The notes under the pieces are model-generated. The model had not been told where the DNA came from. It searched no databases and was given only the letters and a program-made list of their open reading frames with translations. A stretch of DNA of 64,000 nt, taken from contig CAVSGI010000013.1 of the NCBI GenBank assembly GCA_963727445.1, forward strand, positions 288,001-352,000, read 5' to 3'. Of the stretch, positions 30,671 through 41,295 are shown one piece after another. This DNA comes from an uncultured delta proteobacterium (lineage in GTDB: Bacteria > Myxococcota_A > Polyangia > Polyangiales > B10-G4). The position numbers and the translations under genes were made by a program. How positions within the stretch are numbered: the first letter of the stretch is position 1; every line of letters starts with the position of its first letter.

Positions 30671-32665
30671 ATGCGTCGGTGGCCATACCTGGTGATGCTC
30701 GCAGCGGCGGGTGCCGCATGCGGCGATGACGCCGGCGTCACGGATGCGTCGACCGACAGCGCGATGCCGATGGAGGTGATGGTGACGCCGCCGGCGGATC
30801 CCGAGGCGCCGCGCCTCGGCGATTGCCCCGACGGATGGGCGACGCTCGATCGTGACGGCCTCGCTTCCTGCGCGCCCTGGGCCGACAGCGTCACCGCCGA
30901 GAGCTGCGGGCCGGGGGAAGCGCTCTTCGTGGGCGAGGGATGCGCGCGCATCGGACCGCCCTGCGGCGCCGGCCGCTTCGCCGAGGACCTCCCCTCGGGC
31001 GCGAGCGTCGTCTACGTCGACAGCGACGCGACGGCCCCCGGGGACGGCAGCGAGGCCAGCCCCTTCGCCTCCCTCGAAGACGCGCTCGGGGCGGCGAGCG
31101 CCGGGGACGTGATCGCCCTGTCGCGCGGGACGCACGAAGCGCCGCTCGTGAGGCCGGGAGCCAACGTGACCCTCGTCGGCGCCTGCGTCGAAGAGACGAC
31201 CATCGAAGCGCCGACCGCAGACACGAGCGGCGGCACGGTGATCGTGGCTGAAGACGGTGTGGTGCTTCGAAACCTCCGCATCACCGGGCCGCGGATCGGC
31301 GTGGCGATATCCGCCGAGGCACGCCTCGAGTCGATCCTCGTCGACCGGCCGCGAGGCGGTGGCGTGATCGTGAACGCGTCCGTCACTGGAGAGCGAGTCG
31401 TCGTGCGCGACGTGATGCCGGAGGCGGGCTCGTCGGGCGGCGAGGGCATCGTCGCCATCTCGGGCGGCCAGGTGGACCTCGAAGCGGTGGTGCTCGAGCG
31501 CACCCAGGCGCTCGGCGTGCTCGGGCTGTCGAGCACCACCCGGATCGATCTGCGGCGCGTCCGCATCGCCGACGTGGGCGGGATCGGCCGGGGCATCGAG
31601 CTGCAGATGGGGGCGACCGCCAGCTTGACGGAGGTCGCGATGGAGACCGGCGGCCTCTATGGCTTCGCGACAGACGCTTCGAGCCTCACGCTCTCGCGGG
31701 CACACCTGCGCGAGGGGAGCACGATCGAGCTGCACGCGGGCTCGACGCTGACGATGAGCCAGGCCGATCTCGATCAGAGCTTCAGCGCGTCCGTCGCCGT
31801 CTTCGACGCGAACGCGACGATCGAGGACACGCTCATCACCGCCACCACGCCGGACCTGGCGGGCGAGAGCGGCTTCGGCATCTACGCTGAGAACGCCGAC
31901 CTGACGGTCGACCGCACGATCGTGGCGGACTCACGAACCGTCGGCGTCTTCGTGGTGGGCGGCACGGTGTCGCTCTCGGACCTCTCCGTGCTCCGCACGC
32001 GCCACCACGAAGCGTGGGGGGTGCTCGGGCAGGGGATGCAGGTGGTGGAGGGCGCGTCCGCGACGATGCGGCGTGTCCTGCTTCGCGAGAACGAAGAGGC
32101 GGCGATCACCATCGCTCAGGAAGGTACGCACGTCGACGCGGAGGACCTGCGGGCCGAGGCTTCGACCGGGCGCGAGAGCGACGGGCTCCACGGCGTGGGC
32201 GTCTCTGTGTTCGGGGGCGCGACGTTGATGGGCGCGCGGGTGGCCGTCACCGGCAACCGACAGACGGGGATGGCGGCGATGCAAGGTGGGCGCGTCGTCC
32301 TCGAGGACGTCGAGATTGCCGAGACACGGGAGCGCGCGTGCGCGGGCGAGGGTTGTGGCGAGGTCGCGTTCGGCTCGGGGCTGGTCACCGACCAGGACGG
32401 CAGCGCGACCCTCGGCACCTTCGTCGTGCGGGACAACGCCCTGTGCGGCGTGCGGGTCCTGGGCACGGGGGCGGCGGACCTCTCGGAGGGGCGGGTGGCG
32501 AACAACCCGATCGGCGCGAATGTCCAGGCCGCCGACTTCGACACGGACCGTCTGGTGGACCGGGTCGTGTACGAGGGGAACGAGCGAAACCTCGCGCGCG
32601 ACAACCTCCCGCCGCCCGGCCTGCCCGAAGACATCGCCCCCAGCAGCAGCGGCGGCGGCGGCTAG
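30671..32665 (+). CDS. Right-handed parallel beta-helix lipoprotein
   Basis: Lipobox GAAC; VYVDSDA..GDGSEASPFASLEDAL..GDVIALSRG; beta-helix repeats. Confidence 0.75.
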   Translation: MRRWPYLVMLAAAGAACGDDAGVTDASTDSAMPMEVMVTPPADPEAPRLGDCPDGWATLDRDGLASCAPWADSVTAESCGPGEALFVGEGCARIGPPCGAGRFAEDLPSGASVVYVDSDATAPGDGSEASPFASLEDALGAASAGDVIALSRGTHEAPLVRPGANVTLVGACVEETTIEAPTADTSGGTVIVAEDGVVLRNLRITGPRIGVAISAEARLESILVDRPRGGGVIVNASVTGERVVVRDVMPEAGSSGGEGIVAISGGQVDLEAVVLERTQALGVLGLSSTTRIDLRRVRIADVGGIGRGIELQMGATASLTEVAMETGGLYGFATDASSLTLSRAHLREGSTIELHAGSTLTMSQADLDQSFSASVAVFDANATIEDTLITATTPDLAGESGFGIYAENADLTVDRTIVADSRTVGVFVVGGTVSLSDLSVLRTRHHEAWGVLGQGMQVVEGASATMRRVLLRENEEAAITIAQEGTHVDAEDLRAEASTGRESDGLHGVGVSVFGGATLMGARVAVTGNRQTGMAAMQGGRVVLEDVEIAETRERACAGEGCGEVAFGSGLVTDQDGSATLGTFVVRDNALCGVRVLGTGAADLSEGRVANNPIGANVQAADFDTDRLVDRVVYEGNERNLARDNLPPPGLPEDIAPSSSGGGG

Positions 32666-32849
32666 AAAAGCGCGCGTCTCTTTAATGAGCGGCCGGGCCG
32701 CTTCTGTAGTGAAGGGCACGGGCCAACGTGCCCGCGCGATCATGATATGCGACCTGTGGCCGAACGACCTCTGGGAGTACGAGCGATGGCTCGGCTACGA
32801 GCCCTCTGCTACCGTCTCGCCGGTGGCAAGGATCGACGACGACACCGCG

Positions 32850-33587
32850 ATGGGCGAAGGGGGTCGATCGTTTCCCGCCACGAATCGGTCGGCGGTGCTC
32901 GGCTCGGGGAGCGACGATCCGGTCCACAAGGCGCGAGCCTTCAATCGACTGGTGAAGGCCTACTGGCGCCCGGTCTACAAGCACATCCGCGTGCGATGGC
33001 AGAAGTCCAACGAGGACGCCAAGGACCTGACCCAGGGCTTCTTCGCGCGCGCCTTCGAAAAAGACGTCTTCGCCGCCTTCGATCCCGAAAAGGGGCGCTT
33101 TCGGACCTACGTCCGCAGCTGTCTGGACAACTTCCTCACGAACACCGCGGTCGCCCAGAAGGCGCAGAAGCGCGGCGGGGGCCTCGCGCCTCTGAGCCTC
33201 GACTTCGCAGACGCGGAGGAAGAGCTGGCCGCTTCGGCGATCGTCGTGGAGTCGAGCGCCGAGGACGTCTTCGACCGGGAGTGGGCGCGCTCCCTGGTCC
33301 ACGCGGCGACGAAGACGCTCGCCGAGGAGCTCGAAGAGCGAGGGCGCGCCGTGCCCTACCAGGTCTTCGTGCGCTACGACCTCGCCGGCGACACCGACGA
33401 GCGCCCGACCTACGCAGCGCTCGCGGAAGAGCTCGGCATCAAGAGCTCGGACGTGAGCAACTATCTCAACGCCTCGCGCAAACGCTTCCGCGAGATCGTA
33501 TTGGACACGCTCCGCGAGCTCACGGCGAGCGAAGAGGAGTTTCGCCTCGAAGCGACCGAGCTGCTCGGAACGGAGGGGGGCGAGTAG
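32850..33587 (+). CDS. ECF-family sigma factor
   Basis: FPATNRS..YWRPVY..EDAKDLTQGFF..RFRTYV..FDREWA..YAALAEELG..VSNYL. Confidence 0.85.
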   Translation: MGEGGRSFPATNRSAVLGSGSDDPVHKARAFNRLVKAYWRPVYKHIRVRWQKSNEDAKDLTQGFFARAFEKDVFAAFDPEKGRFRTYVRSCLDNFLTNTAVAQKAQKRGGGLAPLSLDFADAEEELAASAIVVESSAEDVFDREWARSLVHAATKTLAEELEERGRAVPYQVFVRYDLAGDTDERPTYAALAEELGIKSSDVSNYLNASRKRFREIVLDTLRELTASEEEFRLEATELLGTEGGE

Positions 33588-33601
33588 CCCTCCGACAAGA
33601 C

Positions 33602-35002
33602 GTGCGCACACCGCTCGCCACGACGATCGTATTGCTCGCCCTCTCGGCGGTCCTCGGAGGATGTGGGGGGGACGGGATCTGCGACGCCGACGGCCTCTCC
33701 GCCGCCCTCGCCGCCGCCGCGCCCGGCGACGTGGTCGCGCTCGGCGAGTGCGAGGTGACCGGCGCCTTCACGGTGCCTGCGGGCGTCACGCTGCGCGGCG
33801 CCTCGACGACGGCGAGCGTGCTGCACGTGAGCGGCGGGGAGCGTGGGCTGACCCTCGCGACGCGCAGCGGGGCGACCACTTCGGTCGAGTCGCTCGCGGT
33901 CGAGAGCGACGGCTGCGCGGCGATCGTCGCGGACGGGCCCGGCGCGGTGAGTCTCTCGGAGCTGGAGATCAGCGCGTCGCGCGGGGTGGGGGTCGCGGTT
34001 TCGGCGGTGAGCCTGTTGACGATGAGCCAGGTGAACGTCGCTGGGGCGATCGGCGACGACGCGCCTTTGACCATCCCCATGCCGCCCTACACCTGCGCCG
34101 GCGCCGACCCCGCGACCCACGGCATCGTCGTAGCCGGCGCCACCGAGGCGCGCCTCGACGACGTGAGCGCTCGCGGCTTCGCGGCCTTCGGCGCGCTCTT
34201 CTTCGAGTCGACGGCGACCTGGACCGGAGGCACCGTGGAGAACAACGTCGGCACCGGCCTCGAGGTCTATGGCGGCGAAGTGATGCTCGACGGCCTGAGC
34301 CTCTGCCGGTCGCGGATGGGGGTGCTCCTCGTCGAGTCGTACAACGGCATCTTCGCGGCGGGCGCCTCGGTTCAGTCGCGCGCACTGACGGTCTGCGACT
34401 CCGAGTCCTTCGGCTTGATGCACGACGGCGTGACGGCGATGCACGAGGATCTCAGCGCGACCGACAACGCCTTCGCCGCCGTCTGGGCCCAGGGCGGCGG
34501 CAGCCTCTCCCTCGGCGGGAGCGCGCCGGTGCTGACGGGAAACGGCTTCGGCGGGGTGGTGGCGTTCGAGGTGCCGGCGGTGAGCGTCGCGGGCGCGCGG
34601 ATCGAGGGGACGAGCGCGCGGACGACGGCGGCCGGCCCCTTCACCATCCGCGCGGGCGACGGCGTGCACGTGGTCGGCGCCGACGACCTTCGGCTGGACG
34701 CGCTGACGCTGAACGACAACGAGCGCGTGGGCCTTCTGCTCGATCTCGAAGGCGCGACCCCGACCACCTTCGACGTGGGCACGGTCACGGTGTCCGGCGC
34801 GGGCTCGAGCCTGGGCGCGGTCGCACAGAACGGCGACGTCCCGGCCGATTGGGACACGGAGGTGATGCGACTCGGGGCGACGGCGGCCAACGACGCGGCC
34901 TTGACCGAGGCCCTCGAGATCGTGGGGGCCATCGGACCCTCGTGCCTGCCCGATCCCTCCGACCTCGGCGCAGCGGGCATCGACGCGTTGGTCGGCCGCT
35001 GA
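33602..35002 (+). CDS. Parallel beta-helix lipoprotein
   Basis: GTG start, VLGGC lipobox, AALAAAAPGDVVAL..VPAGVTLRG. Confidence 0.7.
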   Translation: MRTPLATTIVLLALSAVLGGCGGDGICDADGLSAALAAAAPGDVVALGECEVTGAFTVPAGVTLRGASTTASVLHVSGGERGLTLATRSGATTSVESLAVESDGCAAIVADGPGAVSLSELEISASRGVGVAVSAVSLLTMSQVNVAGAIGDDAPLTIPMPPYTCAGADPATHGIVVAGATEARLDDVSARGFAAFGALFFESTATWTGGTVENNVGTGLEVYGGEVMLDGLSLCRSRMGVLLVESYNGIFAAGASVQSRALTVCDSESFGLMHDGVTAMHEDLSATDNAFAAVWAQGGGSLSLGGSAPVLTGNGFGGVVAFEVPAVSVAGARIEGTSARTTAAGPFTIRAGDGVHVVGADDLRLDALTLNDNERVGLLLDLEGATPTTFDVGTVTVSGAGSSLGAVAQNGDVPADWDTEVMRLGATAANDAALTEALEIVGAIGPSCLPDPSDLGAAGIDALVGR

Positions 35003-35003
35003 A

Positions 35004-38000
35004 TCAGTCTCCGGCGTGCTCCGCGATGAGCGCGCGGTGCGCGGGAACGTCTTCGAGGAGAGCTCTTCGGAGCTCGCCGTCGAGCAGACCGTCGGCCTGA
35101 GCGAGCAGCCGCCGGTGGCCCTCGGCGATGACCTCCGCGGCGTCCTCTTTTCGTCCCGCCGCGGACAGCGCGTGCGCGTAGGTGAGGTAGACGTCGGTCT
35201 CGTCTTCCTCCACCCCCCCGAGAGCGACGCAGCTTTCGTAGGCGCGTCTCGCGATCGCCTCCGCTGCTTCGACGCGACCGAGCGCGAGCGCTGCCCGCGC
35301 GGCCGAGACCTCGGCCATCACCGCCACCGTGTCGATCCCCGCCGCGCGCGCTGCCTCGGCGGTGCGCTGCCCGACCTCGAAGGCGTCCTCGTGGCGAGAG
35401 GCGAGCGCGAGCGTGCGTGCGCGGTAGGCATCGCAGAGGAGCGCGAGCCGCACCTCGCCGGTCGCCTGCGCCAGGTGCGCCGCGCCGTCCAGGCTCGCCT
35501 GTGACGCTTCGGTCTCGCCGAGCCCAGCCTGGGAGTAGCCGAGGTTCAGGAGCACGTATCCCTCCATCACCCGATGGCCCACCGCGCGGCACGCCTCGCG
35601 CGCCGCCGTGAGCGCGTTCACCGCGTCCGCGTAAGCGCCGAGGCGATTGTGGATGTCGGCGAGGTTCGCCCGCGCGCCCGCCGCCCGGCGCGCGTCACCG
35701 ACCAGCTCGTGCAGCTCCGCCGCCGAAGCGTACGCCCGCATCCGCGTGCCCAGATCGCCAGACGCGCCCGCGACCTGGGCACGCCAATCGAGCACCATGG
35801 CCCGGAGCTCGGGGGCCTGCCCTTCGGAGACCAGGGCGCACTCGGCGAGGAGCTCGCGCGCCCGCTCGGGATCGCCGCTCTGCACCAGCGCCAGCGCGAG
35901 ACGACCGAGCGCGATCGCGATCAGGGCCGGGTCCCCTGCGGCGCGGGCCGCGGCGACGGCTTCCGTGCCGACCTTCTCCGCCTCCTCACCGGCGCCGGAC
36001 CGTGAGAGCGCGATGCACCGGTCCGACAGGACGCGCGCCCGTTGCCGATCGTCGCTCACGTATCGAAGCGCGGCGTCGAGCTCCGCCATCTGCGCCTTGC
36101 GCGAACGGAAGCGCAGCGCGTCGACGCGGGCGATGTGCAGGCGATACCGCAGCGCATCCGGTGCGCCCAGGCGTAGCGCGGCGTCGCTCGCTCGGAGCAC
36201 GCTGTCGGCGTCGCCGCGTCGCGTCGCGAGCTCCACCGCGCGCGCATAACACTCGGCAGCCCGGGCGCCCTCGCCGGCTTCCTCGTGATGATGCGCGACC
36301 TCCTCCGGGTCGACATCCTCGCGCGTCTCGAGCCAGCGCGCCGCGTCGCGATGGAGCGCCACGCGCAGGTCGTCGGCGAGCATGCGGTATGCCACGTGGC
36401 CAGTGAGGGCGCTCCGGAAGTCGAAGAGACCGCGCTTGCGCGGCACGACGAGGTCGCGACGGCGCAGGGAGCGGAGGAGGAGCCCCGGCTCCACCGGACC
36501 GAGGGCCTGTACGTCCGGCGCGGAGAAGGGCCTTCGATAGATCGCGGCGCGCTTCACCAGATCTTTCTCCGCGGAGGGCAGGAGATCGAGTCGCGACTGA
36601 ACCGCGGCCTCGACGGTGAGGGGGATGGGCAGCTCCTCGGGCGGCTGCTGCAGCTCCCCCCGCTCCGCGAGGGCCGCGACGATCTGCTGCACGAAGAAGG
36701 GATTGCCGGCGGTTCGCTCGTGGATCCGCGCGGTGAGCGCGTCGGGGAGGCGCCGCTTCGCCGCGTAGGTGGCGAGGCGGCCAACGTCGGCGCGGCTCAG
36801 ACCACGGAGCTGGATCGCATGGACCTCGGCAGCGCTGAAGAGATCGGGGTGGGATTCGATGAAGGTCCGGACGTGCACACGCGATGATCGCGAGGGGCGC
36901 ATCCCAGCAGCGCTCCACGAGGCGATCGAGCACCTCCAGAGACTCGGCGTCGGCGAAGGAGAGATCTTCGAGGACCAGCACCGTGGGTCCCTGGCGGCAC
37001 GCGGCTTCGAGCCACTCGAGCAGAGACGACCGCAGCCGATCGTCGATCCGCCGCAGATCGGTCGCGGCGACGGAGTAGCCGGCTCGGTCTGCGGCCGAGT
37101 CGCGCACCAGGAGGGAGAGATCCGAGACGATGCGATCGGCGGTATTCGGGGTCGCGATGAAGCGCCGGACGAGGACGTCGAGGGTGTCGGCGCCGCCCGA
37201 GTCGGTCATCGCTTCGCGGATCAGCGACTGGAAGAGCGAGAGCGCCCGTCGCGATCGCTGCGCGGTGCCGCGCGCGCGGAGCACCCGAAGCGGGCGTGCA
37301 TCGTCGGCGAGCCGCGCCATCACGGCCTCGCGCAGGCGCGACTTGCCGATGCCCTGCGGCCCGCTGATCAGCGCCACCGTCACGCGCTCGTCGGTGATCG
37401 TGTCGTCGACCGCACGAAGGGCCATGGCGAGCTCGAGCTCGCGGCCGAAGAGGGGACCTTCGTCCCGAAACGCATCGAGCAGAGAGAGCACCTGGGTGTC
37501 GGGGGCGAGTTGGAAGAGCGAGCCCTCGAGCGCCTGCAAGGGAACCGACTCGGGGAGCCCGCGCGCCGCTTCGGCCGACACCCCCACACCTTCGAGAACG
37601 ACCGAGCAGGCGCTCTCCGCCTCGTCGAGGGCCGAACCGCTGATGCCGGTCTTGCCCCCCGACGCACGCCCCGACCCGATCGCGATGCGCTCGGCATGCC
37701 CGCGACAGCGGAGCGCGACCGAGGCCGCCCGGAGCAGCTCGTCGCCCGCGGTGGTCTCGGCACCGAAGAGGCCGACCAGGCGATCGCCGATCAGCCGGAG
37801 CACCCGGCCCCCTTCGTCCCGGATCGCAGCGGACAGACGCGACTCCTCGCGGACGCCGCGAGCCAGGAGCACCGCGACCACGCGCTGTTCTCCCGCGGGG
37901 ATGGTCGGAGGGCGCTTGGTGAGCGCGGCGTCCCCGCGCGCGGCGGCGAGCGCGTCGGCGAATTCGAGCGCATCGGCGAAGCGATCGCGCGGGCTCTTGG

Positions 38001-38751
38001 CCAGCGCGCGGAGGATCGCCGTCTCGAGTCCGGCGGGCGTCTCCACCCGTTCGTGATGCGGCGGGATCGGGTCCGAGAGTAGGGTGGCGACGAGGGTGCT
38101 GAGGGGAGTGTCGTGATGGAAGGGCGGCCGGCCGACCAGCGCTTCGTAGAGCACGGCGCCGAGGGAGAAGAGATCGGTCGACGCCTCGATGTCGGTGCGC
38201 CCTTCGGCCTGCTCTGGCGACAAATACGACAGGGTTCCGACGACCTGGCCGGCCTCCGTGAGGCGCGTCTCGTGCGTGGAGAGCCGGGCCACCCCGAAGT
38301 CGAGGAGCTTCACGCCGCCGTCGGTGGTCAAGAAGACGTTCGACGGCTTGAGATCGCGGTGCACGATCTTCTCCCGGTGCGCGGCGGCGAGCCCGCTGCA
38401 GATCGCGATGCCGAGGTCGATGATCCCGTCGAACTCCATCACGCCGCGCGCGAGGCGCTGGTCGAGAGTCTCGCCCTCGAGAAGCTCGAAGGCGATGAAG
38501 GGCATGCCCTCGGAGTCGGTCCCCGACTCGAGCACGCGCACGATGTTGTCGTGCTCGATCCGCACGGACGCTTCTCGCTCGAAGCGGCGGAGCGCCTGGG
38601 CGCTGGTGAAGGACGCGCGGACGACCTTGATGGCAGCGGCGCGGCCCGCGCTGTCGACGCCACGGTAGACGACGCCCATGCCACCGCCGCCGAGGACACC
38701 CTCGATCTGGTACGAGCCGATGACCTCGGGATACGCGCCTTCCGCCGTCAC
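35004..38751 (-). CDS. Ser/Thr kinase - degenerate cyclase-like - AAA ATPase - TPR multidomain protein, split by a 1-nt frameshift near 36862
   Basis: LGGGGMG, HRDLKPSN, DFG, YLSPE; GPQGIGKS and LVLEDL; continues in ORF 35004-36902 (TAGNPFFV, TPR-like helices). Confidence 0.85.
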
Positions 38752-38811
38752 GGGAGCGCTGAGTCTCGCACGGCGCTCATCGGCCGTCGAATCCGGGCGC
38801 CGCGCGCCGCA

Positions 38812-39696
38812 TCACTCGACGGGCGGCAGGCCCCATTCGTCGGCGAGCGCCTGGTAAACGGTCGCCGGAAGCTGCACCAGCATGTTCTGTTCGGGGGCGA
38901 GGCGCTGGATGACGTCCTCGAGGGCTTCGCGGCGCATGGAGGTGCAGCCGGCGGTGGGCGTGTCGGGCGACGTCCAGACGTGGAAGAGGATGCAGCTGCC
39001 GCGTCCGGGGACCGGGGCGGGCTCGGTGTTCTGCGCGACGAAGACGAGGAACTCGTAGAGGCCGTCGTCGCGACGGAGGCGATCGGTGCTGTCCCAGTCG
39101 GGGGTGATGAGCGCGCGATCGACGATGCGGTTGTAGTACGCGGAGCTCTCGTCCTCGATGCATTGGAGCGTTGGCGTCATCGCCTGGTAGGCGATGCGCG
39201 TGCCGGCGGGAGCGGTGGATGCGTATCCGAGCGCGTGGTCTAGCCAGAAGGCGCCCGCGGGGGAGCGTCCGTCGCCCTCGTGCTTGACCGGTCCGTCGTA
39301 GCCGGCGGGGGCGGCCTCGCCGTGCAGACCCCGTCCCCAGCCGACACCGCTCCGGCCGAGGATGATCGGGATGTCGTCCGCGTCGCGTGTCCAGGCGCCG
39401 GCGGCGTCGCGGCGATACCGTGCGAGGGTGCCGGCGGAGGTGTCCCAGTCCGGCGTGCGCACGGTGACGAGATAGCTGGCGGCGTCGGTGAGGCGCGGGG
39501 CGGGTGCGGCGGTGTCGGGATCGCTCGCGGCGTCGGTGGGGGCGTCCGCGTCGGGCGTGGTGGCAGCGTCGACCGCCGTGGAGGCGTCTTCTTCGGGGGC
39601 CGGCGGCGCGCCGCGGCTCGACATGCGATCGCCGCCGCAAGCTGCTGCTCCGACGAGCAGGGCCGTGATCAGAAGAGAGCGAGGACGGGGCGTCAC
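38812..39696 (-). CDS. L,D-transpeptidase (YkuD-like) family lipoprotein
   Basis: EGDGRSPAG..GSCILFHVW..PTAGCTSM His/Cys motif; lipobox AAAC. Confidence 0.8.
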   Translation of the reverse strand: MTPRPRSLLITALLVGAAACGGDRMSSRGAPPAPEEDASTAVDAATTPDADAPTDAASDPDTAAPAPRLTDAASYLVTVRTPDWDTSAGTLARYRRDAAGAWTRDADDIPIILGRSGVGWGRGLHGEAAPAGYDGPVKHEGDGRSPAGAFWLDHALGYASTAPAGTRIAYQAMTPTLQCIEDESSAYYNRIVDRALITPDWDSTDRLRRDDGLYEFLVFVAQNTEPAPVPGRGSCILFHVWTSPDTPTAGCTSMRREALEDVIQRLAPEQNMLVQLPATVYQALADEWGLPPVE

Positions 39697-39761
39697 CGGC
39701 AGACTGTACGGGCTGCGGCGAGGGTTGTCGCGCGCGTGTAGCCAGGACTGTGGCGCCGCCC

Positions 39762-40439
39762 TCAGTCGCTGGTCAGCGGCTCGAAGAGCGTGATGGAGCC
39801 GGCGACGAAGACGAGGTCGAAAGCGCCGAGGATGCGGAGCCAGGCGAGGGTGTCGCCGAGGGGGGCGTCGGCGAGCAGATCGCGGGTCGCGACGACACCG
39901 GCGAGCAGCGCGGGGCTGACCAACGGGAAGAGGATGATGGAGAGCATGAGGTCGCGGGCGCTGGTGCGGACGCTCATGGCGGAGAAGAGCGTGCCGGCCG
40001 CGACGAAGCCGAGGGTGCCGAGGAAGAGGACCATGGTGAGGCGGCCGAGGATCGGGAGGAGATCGAGCTGGAAGAAGAAGGTGACGAGGGGCAGGAGCAT
40101 GAGCTCGACGGCCGTCAGGAAGAGGAGCGCGCCGAGGGCCTTGCCGATGTAGATGGAGGCGCGGGGGATCGGGGTCAGGAGCAGGCCGCGCATGGCGTCG
40201 TGGTCGCGCTCGCGCATCCAGCTGCGGCCCATGGCCAGGACGCCGGAGAAGGTGATGGTGATCCACAGGACGCCCGGGGCGATCTGCTTGGAGGCGTTTT
40301 GATCGATGTAGAAGGAGAGCGACGCCAGGACGGTGAGGAGGAACGCGAAGAGGCCGACCGTGACGAGGATCTCGCCGGTGCGGAGCTCGATGCGCAGGTC
40401 CTTACCGAGGACGAGGAGGGCGGCGCGGAGGGTGGTCAC
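39762..40439 (-). CDS. ccmB: Heme exporter permease CcmB
   Basis: KDLRIELR, APGVLW, multiple TM helices; coupled to ccmA. Confidence 0.85.
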   Translation of the reverse strand: MTTLRAALLVLGKDLRIELRTGEILVTVGLFAFLLTVLASLSFYIDQNASKQIAPGVLWITITFSGVLAMGRSWMRERDHDAMRGLLLTPIPRASIYIGKALGALLFLTAVELMLLPLVTFFFQLDLLPILGRLTMVLFLGTLGFVAAGTLFSAMSVRTSARDLMLSIILFPLVSPALLAGVVATRDLLADAPLGDTLAWLRILGAFDLVFVAGSITLFEPLTSD

Positions 40440-41089
40440 CGGTCGTCCCCGCTGACGACGCGGCCGCGGTCGAGGCGAACGCGGACGTCGCCGACGCGAT
40501 CGGCGAGGGCGGGGTCATGGGTGATGAGGACGCAGATCGCGCCGCGCTCGCGCTCGGCTTCGACGACGTCGACGAGCCTCCGGACGGCGCTCTCGTCGAG
40601 GCCGGTGGAGGGCTCGTCGAGGAGGAGGAGGCGCGGCGCGTGGAGGACCGCGCGGGCGAGGGCGACGCGCTGGAGCTGTCCGCGCGAGTAGGTGCGGGTC
40701 GGGCGGTCGAAGAAGCGGCCCAGCTCGAAGCGTTCTTCGAGGGCGGGGATGCGCTCTTCGGGATCGAGGGCGTAGAGGCGAGCGTAGAGGGCGAGGTTCT
40801 CGCGGCCGGAGAGGTCGGGGTAGAGCATGGAAGCGTGGCCGAGCACGCCGAGGTGGCGGCGGATCCCCTTTCGCGCCGCGCGCTCGGACAGCTCGCCGTA
40901 GCGGACCTTCCCGCGCGTGGGCCGCGCCAGCTGCGCCAGGATAGACAGGAGCGTGCTCTTCCCCGACCCGTTCGGCCCCTCGACCACCGTCACCTTCCCG
41001 GCGACCAGCTCGAGATCCACCCCCGCGAGCGCGCGAGTCAACCCGAACATCTTCGTCAGCCCCTCAGTCCGAACCCGCTCGAAGTCCAC
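40436..41089 (-). CDS. ccmA: Heme exporter ATPase CcmA
   Basis: GPNGSGKS, YSRGQ, LLLDEP, ITH. Confidence 0.85.
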   Translation of the reverse strand: MDFERVRTEGLTKMFGLTRALAGVDLELVAGKVTVVEGPNGSGKSTLLSILAQLARPTRGKVRYGELSERAARKGIRRHLGVLGHASMLYPDLSGRENLALYARLYALDPEERIPALEERFELGRFFDRPTRTYSRGQLQRVALARAVLHAPRLLLLDEPSTGLDESAVRRLVDVVEAERERGAICVLITHDPALADRVGDVRVRLDRGRVVSGDDR

Positions 41090-41099
41090 CCCCGAATGC

Positions 41100-41295
41100 T
41101 AACGGGGACGGTCTACACTTTTGAACTTTCGCGCCGCCCAGCCAACGGGGACGGTCTACACTCTTGCACTTTCGGGCCGCCCGGCTTCGGAAAGTGCAAA
41201 AGTGTAGACCGTCCCCATCAGAGGCGGTCCCCATCAGAGGCGTCCCCGTCAGAGGCGGGGGACGGAAAGTGCAAAAGTGTAGACCGTCCCCGTTA
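41100..41295. repeat. REP/MITE-like repeat cluster 2 (nested inverted repeats)
   Basis: Outer 31-bp inverted repeat TAACGGGGACGGTCTACACTTTTG(A/C)ACTTTC (41100-41130 / 41265-41295); inner pair ~41144-41173 / 41190-41216; three GTCCCC(A/G)TCAGAGGC units at 41211-41256. Confidence 0.9.

Noticed and set aside
30590..31735. N-terminal extension making the protease 953 aa
   Set aside because: It is antisense to the beta-helix lipoprotein gene; the protease signal peptide begins near 30589/30556.
41100..41295. CRISPR array or autonomous IS element
   Set aside because: Nested inverted orientation, only 196 bp, and no transposase ORF.
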